This document shows positions 40,140-51,818 of a DNA stretch of 64,000 bases, piece by piece. A model generated the notes under the pieces. The model saw only the letters and a list, made by a program, of their open reading frames with translations, searched no databases and had not been told where the DNA came from. How positions within the stretch are numbered: the first letter of the stretch is position 1; each line of letters opens with the position of its first letter. Origin of the DNA: Iphione sp. A-MEVVRFRX5 (taxonomy: Eukaryota); assembly GCA_976226885.1 (NCBI GenBank), contig OZ320317.1:79670001-79734000 (forward strand), written 5' to 3'. Made by a program: the position numbers and the translations under genes.

Positions 40140-40630
40140 CCATACTTTTGAACGACTGGTTTGGTCACTGACATACTACTGATATGGAGATTTGGATATG
40201 GTCAGCATACATTTGACAGGACATTTGGTCATTGAGGTCATTATGACATAGCATGCCTCATTCATTAAAGGTGTTGATAAGGCTATATATACCTATACTA
40301 TCTGATAGCATGACTTGGTCATTTAGACTATGTTGGGGTAGAATACAGGTCTCTTTACCTTTGAGAATATCCATCAGACAGTAAAAGAATGTCGACCTAT
40401 ACGTAGGGCTCAATATCTTTGACAGCACGCCTCGGTCGTAAAGGTCATGTTGATATAGATGGAAGCTCCTTACTTTTGGCAGTATAACTCATTCATTAAG
40501 GGACTTTTGCTAAAACGCACTATTATATCTCTAGCTATGATAGTATAGTTTAGTCAATGATGTCAAAACAAATCTCTGCTCAGTTGACAGCATTCTTACA
40601 TCTTTGGAGTTAAGGCTTTGTTAATACTAG
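40140..40630. repeat. Highly decayed minisatellite, about 55-60-bp-type unit
   Basis: Recurring TGACAGCA/TGATAGCA/TGGCAGTA starts followed by TTGGTCATT or CTCATTCATTAA and AGGTCATGTTG variants. Confidence 0.55.
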
Positions 40631-42889
40631 TGAGGGCATATGCATATTTCTAAGATACAAATGTGAGAATATGAAAAGAAAATATAGTGGAAATGTATTG
40701 AAGTCCATTCATTGAGGAAGGCGAACTAAGAGGCCCAGTAGTGTGTGCATGGAATAATAAACCTTTTAGAGCAAAATTACACAGGGGTAAAAATGGGCAC
40801 CACTAAGAAGCCAAAAACTGTTCAATTTTAATGATGCCCGGAAGGCATCTTTAGGACAAAGTAGGAAAATCAAAACAAGGCAAAAGGAGTAAAAAGGATG
40901 AAGCGGATCGTTTTTGTTCGACATTGAGCGGGAGCCATAAAGGGACTATGGAGGTTATGATAAGTCCCCCCCCCAAATGTAGCCAGTGGAATTGAAGCGT
41001 TGTTCTTGGAGTAGAAACTTTCCACCGACACATTCAACATGATTCCATTATGTGATGCCGGACGTGGAATTCGTTCATCTAAAAAAATAAAAACGATTAG
41101 AAATTTTCTAAGCTTACCAAGAGAAAAGGCCTATCCGATGAATTCAGTGGTGCCAACAAAACATTCCATAGAATATGCTTAAGGTGGAGCTTCTAAACAT
41201 ATTTTCCCTGAGAAAATATAAATTATCTAACTGAGATGCTTAGACGTAACAGCCGTATTTTTCCCTCTCAAAGTGGAAGATCTGAGAACCACCCAAAAAT
41301 GAAGCTTGAGTATCCAAAGTACACGCGGACCACAAACCTTTACACGGGAGGAATGTATCACCCTCGTCTTGAGTAGAATAAGCCACAGAATAAACGTCAG
41401 GAGTGGAGTCGGTTTGTGGCGGTGAATTGGCCACCCTGGTGTGAAGGGGGAGCTGGCTACCAGCGCGCAGGCCGAAAGTGTCCAATTTACAAGATGTACG
41501 GTGACGTTCTGTCACGGTGGCTGCCTCCCTCCCGGCAATGTCTGCTCCGCGCCTCCGACAGCGGTCATGGACTGCCCATCCGGGGAGAAGGAGCCGGTGG
41601 TCGTGGGCCGGGGGTGCACGTTGGATATGAGAGGAGCCGCAGAGGTAGAGGGCTCAATGGAAAAGGATGGGGCTATCTGCTCGCCACAATGGTTGACGTG
41701 CGCCAATGGCATATGGGGCTTATATGTAAGCTGTCGGAGACCATACGGGCCCCGCTGTCAACCCGCACGAGAACTATTGCGTTGAGTGGCAATGCTTTCA
41801 GAATGCACAATGGGAGTAGAACATAACAGTAAGAACCACGGTTAGCATAATCCTGCAAGAAAAGCCAGATATAACCACTTGGAATAACTGGACACATTTC
41901 CTTGGGATAGAATCCTCAACACTAGATTTATGCATGGGTACACGATAGTCCAAATGCGTTTGATTAGGCACATGTAGTAGGTTCCCCCATCATGACATCA
42001 CAAGTGAAACTTTCACAGAACGTAAACGGATATTTCTCAGGTGGTATGTTTCTAACCTATTTGAATCACTTTTATTATTATATAACTTAAATAGCATTCG
42101 TAATTCGCAGAGACCTGTCCCTGTCCTGTCCCCCGGCTAGCTTCGCAGCACGAGACATACAGCCAAAGTTTAGGCCCTAAATCTACTCAAGCCACATTCA
42201 TTCACATTCCAACTCTGTCTTACCCTCCTAATTAGTCCAGTATGTGAGATGCTTGCAAAGTTCTGGCACTCAATACTTAAATGTACGGACACCCCTCTCT
42301 CTCCGTTGCCTTCCTGATTAGCAGCCCAGTGGTGTGAGATGCACACTTAAGTTCGGGCCACTAACGGAGCTAATTCAACCATTCATTGGCTGACGATCGG
42401 TCTTCGGGCACAAGAACGTCTTAGCATGTTTGCGGATTACACATGACAAGCGATTCGTCACCTGGCCCATCTTTACCTCTACCCTTCCAGGCCCAGACCG
42501 TCCATCGCCGCCTTTTTTGTAGCAGAATCTTCATAGAGGAGGCAGACACGAGCATGTTCCCCAGAAGGTTTGAGAGCTGGGGAGTGGGATGGGGGGGGGA
42601 GCTGAAAGATGTGAGCACCCGGGGCTTCCCGTTGAATTGGGAATTTGGCTGCGAGCGAAGCGCTAACTGGGCACCCTGATAGATGGGCTGTCCAACGCAC
42701 GACGATTGTACGCCGTTCTTGCCGTGGCCGTGGCCAGATATCGCGGGAATTCGCCGTGAGTTAAAACAAGCGAGAAGGTCGCGCCGCGGCCCATGCCCAC
42801 CAGGAGTAGCTGTTATTAGAGGGCTTAACCTGCGTGTTTGGAGTTAATCAAAGAAAGCCTCCACAGTACCTTGCTAGTCCTGATATCTA

Positions 42890-42891
<2 letters not shown>

Positions 42892-42926
<35 letters not shown>
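42892..42926. repeat. (GA)n microsatellite
   Basis: GA run. Confidence 0.97.
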
Positions 42927-42929
<3 letters not shown>

Positions 42930-43587
42930 AAGAGAGAGGCGTTGGGGTTAGAGGTAAAAAAGAGTACTAATAATTGACAAGCTAATGAGGTATGATTGAC
43001 AGAATAGGCATTGGAATCAACTTAGAACCCACTGGTGAAAGGTGAAGTGTCAATACCGGTTGCTTCTGGCGCAAAGTGCAGGGAATGTGTGAAGGTTGCA
43101 GCTTTTATCCCCATATGTTCATACTGAAGCACTTTTATACCTGCAGCACGTTAGTTCTTTTTGCATAGAATTGACACCAAATTACGCAGCTGTTTTACCT
43201 TGAGATATACGAACTCTCAGTAAGATTTGTCATTTTGAGACGTACGGGTAACGTATCGACGGTCCCTTGCGCACTCCATTTTAAGGGAATTTGCGTAGGG
43301 CACCGAGGAATCGCTCCGTAGATAGATATACGAAGCCTTAATACAATTAAGCCGAAGTAGATGTCACCGATGAAGATCCAGTAGTAAAGAACACCAGCCT
43401 CTTAGGATTTTATCTCCGTTGTGAGGGATCCTGTCAACTTAAATCTGTGTTATATTATAGTCAACATCTTATATTCAAGATCTTTCTCTAACTTAGCATG
43501 ACCTGTACACTAGACTTATCACTGTTGCCCCAACCAATATTACACGTTAAAACATTATCTTTTCTCTCCGTTTATTATACGATACTT

Positions 43588-43814
43588 AGGTCTGTGTTTC
43601 CAGTGACATTGTAAAAAAGTAGAGGGTCCGTAGGTCGGTGTTTTTTATTTTCATTTTTTTTCAATGCTAAATATTACTTAAAGTTACAAATGTATATGGT
43701 AATATAAGTTCTCCTATTAGATCTCTATGAAACATACATCAAATGAGAGCTAATAATGTAAGCAGCAAAATGGTGTATTAGTTACCGGAAACACAGGTTT
43801 TTTTTGTTTAGGCC
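43588..43814. mobile_element. Decayed MITE, family A copy 2
   Basis: Left GGTCTGTGTTTCCAGTGAC is inverted to right GTTACCGGAAACACAGGTTTTTTTTGTTTAGGCC. The interior aligns with 16391-16712. Confidence 0.65.
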
Positions 43815-44734
43815 TCATCTCAACCTGGTACTAGCCAACCTCTGGCAACTAAAGAAAGATTACATGTGACACGTATATAAATATCCGACACCTAATTAAG
43901 AGAATATGGGTAATCTACGTGCAGCTTTGGATTCATAACCTTAGGATTACTGAGTCATCCTTCGAATAAATTATGCAGGTTTCATGGGTTTCTTGCATAA
44001 AGTTTTAGGTGGCGCCAACCCATTTTCACGACAGAATGTCTCCATCAAATATTCTATCCATGGCGTAGGGATCGTATGTTGCTCAGTGCCTCGTAAAGGA
44101 CCCTCATCCTCTGACAAGCTGCACAGAGAAGGAGCCACAGTTTCAATGCAGGCTGACAAGGAAGGATTTCATCAAGGGAGCTGTGAACGGACACCCTTCC
44201 CCCCACTGGCCTATCTAAAGGAGTCCCAGAGGTCTTCATGCAATGGTCGGTGGTCCAACAGCATTACTGCCTCCTCGGGTCAGACTATGGCCCCAGAATG
44301 CAGAAGTCCTGTCCGGCGGCGTTATTAAGTCCGACTGCTGGCTCTATTACACAATGGCAGTAATTCTATCAAACGATTACTGCATCTCCTGACGCTACCG
44401 TCCCTCAGCTGCCCTCCTCAAGGACGGAACGGCTTAGTTTGTATGCATATATCCTGTTGGCTTCAACGCATGGGAGATGCGCCAAGTGTCGGTAATGTAA
44501 TGTGCCTGATTTAGAAGTTATTTTCAGGGCCTGACCGAGCGTTGGCCACACACAAACATTTCCACGCACAAACCGAAACACACGTCGAGAGGCTAACAGA
44601 AACCCATTTTTCTTCGCCCCATCCTCTGAAACAGATCCGCAGTTCCCCTCCTGGTTTTAATTTTAATGGAGCGCCTTTCTTTGTCGAACATGCTTTTGTT
44701 TTCGTCATGGCCACAGCAAGTATTGATTTTTCAG

Positions 44735-44761
44735 GTGAAGGGTAATGAGTCGGAGTTACAG
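44735..44761 (+). CDS. Candidate 27-nt micro-exon (VKGNESELQ, phase 0-0)
   Basis: GATTTTTCAG|G ... CAG|GTAAAC, open frame. The pyrimidine tract is short. Confidence 0.25.
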
Positions 44762-47700
44762 GTAAACATGTATTTGATCTCTATGGATTATGTAGCATCA
44801 TACCGAGATCAAAGCGATATTTTTCGCCCCCAAGGAGGAGAGGGAAGTCCCTCTGCAAGACGCCACGCTACCATTGTTACTTTTAAACGTCACGCCGACG
44901 ATAATCGATGAAGGTTTTGCTTGAAGTTAAGCGTGCTAAGATAAATCAATGTCCGTGTTTGCAAAACATGCCTTCCTCAATATGCGTCATCAACAACTTA
45001 AACTTTTCAGCGTCCATTTGGGGGGTAAGCCTCAAAGACATCCACTTTCATAGGTAGTGTGTACGTGATATTTTTGTCAACCGGAATGATATAAACATAA
45101 CATGTGTGCTGATATATTTATTGAATATCTGATGAATAAGACGTCCTTAGCATTAGATCGAGTCATTGAGCGGCCCAAGTGTTACGGTATACATGTAGTT
45201 TATATCATGAAATGCAGGAGACGGTCATTCTTACACTGCTGTGTTGACAACAGATGTGAATCGCGGTGCAGGTAGACGCGAGTTCTAAGGCCCATCAATG
45301 GACTGCAGTAGACTGAATGCCAAACATGGCCACCAATACCGCCTGAATGGCTCCCAATTGAATTCCGATCAAAAGTCAATATAAAGTATTGGCAGCGGCG
45401 GCGGCCACACAACCACCTTGCTCTAGTCACCATCATTTCCCAGGAGTTAAAAAATAAACGCACGATAAACTGTTGGCCAACAATGCCTTTGCTTGATCAT
45501 CGCTCCTCTGCACCCTCCCACTTTCCATCGCCTCCTGCCCTCCTCCCCGCCAGAGCTCCCGCCGCCCCCCTCCCCCACCCCAATGCAATTGTTGCCATTG
45601 CCGGCGGAATCATTATTTGTTTTCCAAATGCAAACAGCGATTGGCTGTTTTCGAATCACCCTCGGCAAATAATTGCCGTCTTCTCTTCCGTCGAGGAAAT
45701 AGACTCCGCCAGGCGGCGTGCCGGTGAAAGAGGTCAATAAGGGGCGAACAAATAGGCGTTTCGCACTTTGGATGAAATGTGCCGCAGCTCCCTTCGGCAG
45801 TGCACTGTGCCGTTTGCATAGGACGTTGAAAGTCCTAAAAATGTCTAAATGATCCTTAATGTGAAACCTTATGAGGGCATCTTAAGGGGCTTTCACAGCG
45901 TTCCTCGGCGCTTTGTTCCGCAAGCCAGGCTCTCCTTTACAGTCCCCTCCCGACACCCCTCCCCCCACAACAACGACAAAGGAACACCTGAAGAACCTTC
46001 AGCCGTGCTCTGTATGGCAGTTGGCGGGTCTGTCTGCAATATCTCCGAAGTGAGCAACTTGACGCAGAAAAATATTTCGCCCATTCCTGCTCTGCATTTC
46101 CTCTTTTCCCTGTTTGTAGCTTGCATTGTCCTATGGTACCCTTAACATCAACAGTTAAAAGGTTTAAAACATTCCGCCACAAACATCTTGAATAATACAA
46201 ATTAAACTTTAGGCAATCGGTAGTTTCTCAAAAGCATAGGATAAAGCAATCGGTATTGTATTATTTGGATAGAGGCCTCCAAAGAATGAACTATTTATGT
46301 AATCCTGCAGCTCTACTCCTTACCTTTACGGGCGTAGTTAGATGTTTGCTCACATTGACATATTTTCTTACACTGACGCCAAACTTCAAACTTCGTCGTG
46401 AACTTGATGCCGACATATATTTTTAGTACCAACCATTGAATAACCTAGCGATGGAGAACATCAGCAAATCTAAACGGCATATTTCATGTAAAAACAGGTC
46501 AGACCCCTTAGTTTCTCTTCCTTATGGTATCATTTACAGGATCACGATTTACGATATATGTTCTGTATCATGTTATGTCTCAATGAGCCCCTTTTCAACT
46601 TTACTCCTTGCGTGCCATGTTCCATCATGAGATGGAACAGGCCTGCGGCCTCCTTATTCTACTCTGTTTAACCGTCCTTCGCATCAATTTCGCACGTTAC
46701 TATTTGCGACAAGTTCCGTCTTCAGATGGAAGTCTACTAGTTAGCCGTTGCTAAGTTCATTTTTGCGTTCTTATCCTTATTAGGAATCTCCAGTATTATA
46801 CCCCTTCATACGCGTCAAACCTCGCATGTTACATGCGCTTTCCGGTCATGGGATAAACCCGTCCTAAAAGCAATATCGTCGGGAGAGATAGTCTTCGTGT
46901 CCCAATCCCTGCTTGACAGTACATCGTCTGTATTATGTCCCTATGAACCCAGCCCAACCGTACATGTCGCGTGCGATGTCCTGTTATGGAATGAAGCGGT
47001 CCTATAGACAATGGTACCCGGAGAGTTCTCTCTCCGGGTCCCATTCTAGTTCCTATAGCAAGTTACATTGTATTTCAATTTCCATCCTGTCAGCTTCAAC
47101 TGGGCCCTTTGCCAGCCACAAACTGTGGGTTGAATTAATGCGATGGCCAGAAGCCATTTAAGTTTTAAAGGACTTTAAAGTGAGGAGCAAGAAAGCGCGC
47201 CCTTGTGAGACATTTATCATATTAAGTGGCGGCTACAAAAGTGCGGTGGCCTGTTTGTCGGTGCCACAATCACGACCTGAGCTGTCTGCCTTCACCAGAC
47301 AACCAGAGACAACCAGAGGCAATCACTTCTCCGACAAATGCTGGCATCTACGACTACAAGAGGTTCGACCCCCTCGATAACAATGTCCTAGAATAAGTCA
47401 GATCAATACTTGTCAGCACAACATTTTCTTTCTCATCAGTAAGCATCTCCGAATTGTTCGGCCAAGTCGGATCTCCTATTTTACTCCTAGGATTTTGCAA
47501 CGGCCCATATAAAATAGCAAAAAGGTCATGAAAGTTACAGGGCATGATGCTGTGGCAGGGATTCAATAGGAAGTATCTAACAAAGTTAAGTGTTATTCCA
47601 ACGAGTTGAACAGCAGTGCAAACCACATCCCAGGGACAAATGTCCTCTCTCATCGCTCACATTGAATAGTGAGTAGAAAGACTACTCCAAATGGCATAAA

Positions 47701-48638
47701 GGAGATCCATATTTGAAGGACCATGAACAGCCTATCGTGATAAGGAATTGCCTTTTCGCGCAAGGTAGACAACTGGTCTCGTAATTTGTGCTCTAATGGG
47801 AAGGAGTCCTGTCCGTAAAGGTAGAAAAATGGAGTCAGAGGGAGCGTAATCAAGGAGCCAAATCATTAGGGTTGCACACAAAGACGTTAGGCTTTAATTA
47901 GAAATTAATACGTAGAAAATGAACGTCTCGGCTCAGCGACCACATGATTTCGATGGCAGTGGCTGGAAAAAAACTCCTCTTCATTTTGGCATCGTTTCCT
48001 TCCACTCGCGTGTGGTAACTTGTCCGACAGGACCTAAATATTGACCTCTTCTGATGAGGTCATAGAGTTAGCAGGGCTCATCGACCGTGTCATCCAAACT
48101 ATAAAGTCATTGTTGGCTATGGATAGAGATAAAGGCTCATAAGGACTAGTAATTGAGAATTTAGGTGATGCCGATTCCTCGGTTGCCGTCATTTGCCGCC
48201 AGATTGCAAGCTCGTCTGATGGCATTGGCTTCCCTGTATCGAAACTTCTATTTCCTACCGTCTCCCTCTCTATCTGCCCTTTTTTATATAGCTTCTCCAT
48301 GGATTCGATTCCGTTTTTTTCTGGTGTCTCTTATTACTTATTTATGGAGGCAGCATTGCATTTGCTACCCTTGCCCCTCGCAACAAACCACTTCTATTGC
48401 ATGGTCAGACTCATCAACGTGTCCATTGGGCGGGAAGACATAATAAAATGCCAGCAGTCAGTGAATGGGATGGAATAGGCGCCCGCCACCGTGCCTCTGC
48501 CTCTGCTGCCATGATGAGCTGCTCAGGAGCAGGACGCTGCTCATGCTCGCTCCCCTTTGGCGGCTGATGCCCCCCCGCCTTTCCCCGGCTCCCACCTACC
48601 GTCTGGGCGGACTCTCCGTTCAGGCCTTGTTGCCAGGC

Positions 48639-48665
48639 GGGCGGGCGGGCGGGAGGGCGGATGGG
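48639..48665 (+). other. (GGGC)n run, potential G-quadruplex or Sp/KLF/EGR site array
   Basis: GGGCGGGCGGGCGGGAGGGCGGATGGG. Confidence 0.55.
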
Positions 48666-50618
48666 ACATGAATAAAGACGAAATTCAAGAATCTGATTCA
48701 CAAGCGCAGCCTTCTGGGGTGGTGAGGAGGCGAAGGAAGAGGAGCAAGAAGACGGGCAGGGGAGGAGGAGGCCAGCGGTCACACAAGTCCAATTAGCTTG
48801 ACTCCATCTCTGATTTGGTTGCTTATTACTACAGCCGTCGGCTTACGTCGCCACCGCTGCCCCCAGAGCCAAACTTCAGGGCCATGTTGCATGTTGAGCG
48901 CGGGGCGCAATGTTTGCATTGAAATTGCGCTGCGAGACCCAATTTCGGCGGTTCCAAGTTGCGAGATAGTGTCAGCCGGTGTGTGATGGCGACGCTAGCT
49001 GACTTACAAAGCTCTCTTGAAATGCCAGATGCGTCTTCACCGGGAAGTGCGACACAGATAAGACTGGAAAGGCAGAAGGAACTTTTGCTCATTTCAATCG
49101 ACAAAAATATCTTCCATCCACACAAAAGTGTAGAGATATTCCCGTGCAGATCTACACCGACAGCGAATATTCAATAACATTCTCCTCTTCATATTTATGA
49201 TAAATTCCATGAGCGTGCAAGGCCCGCCAAAACTCCTCCCCACCCTTACCGTCCTCAGAAACTCAGAAAGTGGTTTCGGAACTAGATTGGCTGATATCGA
49301 AATATCCCTCCCTCACCGACTCCTGAATTACTAGTAAAGACATTTGTGCCTGTATAAATGTGCTGGCTGTGGGGTCCCTATTTCCAGTAGACGCACATTT
49401 TGGTCCTATATTTTCGTGATAGCCATCTCCAGTGATATGGTAGGATGATTGCGCAGGGGAATGAGGGCAAGAGGCATTGTCGCTCATCCGTCACTACTGC
49501 CGGTATGCAATTATTCAACCATCTTTTCCCCTCGCTCTTATCGTAATGGTGACTCGTGTGTGCTATTCTGTGGCGAGTACAGCCGCACTAGTATCCATAT
49601 AAAGGGAACTAGCGTATAATTGTTGTGACGTTATGACAGAAATATAATCATGAGACCGGTACCTAAGAATATATGATTCTTTGAATACAAATGAATCCGT
49701 AAAAAGTATATTATACCGGTGGTGATAAGTCAAGGGCATAAAATAGATGCAATCACTGTGACAGAATACGAAAAACATATTGTTATAAAGATTTGACCAT
49801 AACTATGTCTTTCTTAATCAGACGTCTTGAATATTGAATCTCTGGGTATCTTTTTTCTTCATTTACACACATTTTTTGGTAATCAAATACGTTTCTTTAT
49901 TTCCACGCTGCACGTTAATCTTAACATACCGACAGAAGGGGAAGATCATGCTGGAAGTAAACTCCACGCCGGTAATGCGGTGATTAACCGTTGTGTTTCC
50001 GCCGATGCAAACACAAACACCCCCCACCCCCATCTCCTCCTCGCCCGTCGACGACTGAGTAACAATCACGGTCTCACGTCGAGGCCATAACGTGATTAGT
50101 GATGTTGTTCTCCACGTTGGGCCGTCTAGATAGCGGAATCGGAACATCGTTTATTTTAATCGGGCGAATAGCAAAATCTGTCTTCCTTTACGTCTTCGGA
50201 TTCATCACGTCGATTTCACGTCGTTCGGCGGTGGCTTTTATTAATGGGAGGGACATTAAGGGCGATACCGTCGCCCCTACAGTTGTATATATTCATAGCA
50301 TGGACCTCGTGTAGAAACAAGATACTGCCCTCAGTACGGGATGCTGGTCAAATATGGACAAACATCTCCACAGAGCAAAAGAAGAGTTGTATTCCGAAAA
50401 CGTTGAGGCACGACATGCGCTTAGGGGCGTGATATTTGGCTTCGCGAGCCGTGCCTATTGCTACCAATACCGACGCTTTTTTGCCTCATTTCTATCCCTT
50501 TTTTTATGCAAGACAACTAGAATGCAGCTTGTTTAAGCAAGCACTGCAAACAATACCCAGGAGGCAGAGGGTGTTTAAATGTTATTAACCCGCACGCATT
50601 CGCCATCCATCGCGGCGA

Positions 50619-50620
<2 letters not shown>

Positions 50621-50650
<30 letters not shown>
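50621..50650. repeat. (GGC)n microsatellite in a CpG-rich island
   Basis: Ten GGC units. Confidence 0.97.
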
Positions 50651-51804
50651 CCTGCTCCCCGCAGAGCCCATAGATCACGGATCAAAGCGGCGCCGGCCGC
50701 GGCAAAAAGCAAAGGCGCTCGCCGCCCATTGCCTTGGAGAACTTCAAAACAAATCGCCGCCCGCCAAATCTTGGTGCAGCGCATAAAATACACGCGCGCG
50801 CGCACCGCGGGCTGATGCAGCGCCTTTGGAGAACGGGGGGACGAGGAGTCGGACTCGGGGTGGGTGGGCCTGCGTGTGTGGGTTGGGGGAGATGAAGAGG
50901 AGGAGGAAGGAGACAGAGAGGTGGAGGAGGTGGAGGGCCGAGTGGGATGAAGCTTTTGGATGTGCATACACAGGAGGAGTTATGAGAAGGAAAAGACAGG
51001 AGAGTAACAAGATGGGGGGGGATGGAAACGGGGAAGTGAGAAAGAGGAGAATACCAAGTATGTCGGCTCAGAGGCCGGTGGAAGCTACGGGGGAAGAGGA
51101 CAGAAAGGAAGGTGAAGACGGAAAAGGAAGACAAGAAGACACAGAAGCCGAGGGAAAGTTGGGAGAGATTGTTCCCAAAATTTTCAACAGATAGGCCAGA
51201 GGAGGTGCATGCAAGAGGAGGAGGAGAGGAGGACAGGGACGTAAATGTTATTTCTGAGGCTATTGATCAGATACAGGAGGATTGATGGTGAAGGTGGGTT
51301 ATCTCTAATACTTTGGTCAGTCACGAACGGATGCCTCCAACAGTGGGTTTCAGCACAACCCAACTCGTCGTGACATCCACATGGCCGAAGCATCATGTCT
51401 TCCATTTCCGTTGTAGTGGGGTGTGAAATAACATCTGCATATTGAGATACATCAGTTTGTCAACAACTACAGGGTAATACAGATGATATGTTGAGTCACG
51501 CGAGGATTGACATCTCTGCAGTACACATCTTGGTAATATTTATATCTTCCTATCCGTAAGAAGTTCCACTCAAAGATCCCTTCCCCTGGTTGCCCCAAGC
51601 CCACCTCCCAGTGGCTCCATCACTTAAGGTGTGAGGCCCTTTCATGGACAAGACAGGTGCATTATCCTTGTCGGAAAAGTGAGAAATAGAGGGTTAGAAC
51701 TTAGGCAGGGCACTAGACCGATCCCCGTGGGAGGCGCCACGCCGAGCGAGGAAGCAGCGAGGAAGAGCAGGGTATTGATCACGATGAAGTTAATTTGTTT
51801 GCTA

Positions 51805-51818
51805 GTTGCCATGGCAAC
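51805..51818. promoter_or_regulatory. Perfect palindromic RFX X-box
   Basis: GTTGCCATGGCAAC, the canonical RFX consensus. Confidence 0.7.

Noticed and set aside
40781-41211. CAGGGG...CCCTG ends suggesting a hAT MITE
   Set aside because: TIR similarity is poor beyond about 6 nt and the flanking 8-mers do not form a TSD.
47011-47044. Perfect 10-bp hairpin ACCCGGAGAG-TTCT-CTCTCCGGGT
   Set aside because: About 0.5-1 such stems are expected by chance in 64 kb. Too short for a pre-miRNA, and rho-independent terminators are irrelevant in a eukaryote.
48668-49177. Short ORFs MNKDEIQESD...RRRRKRSKK and MATLADLQSSLEMPD...
   Set aside because: Purine-rich composition or chance. No splice signals or homology recognised.
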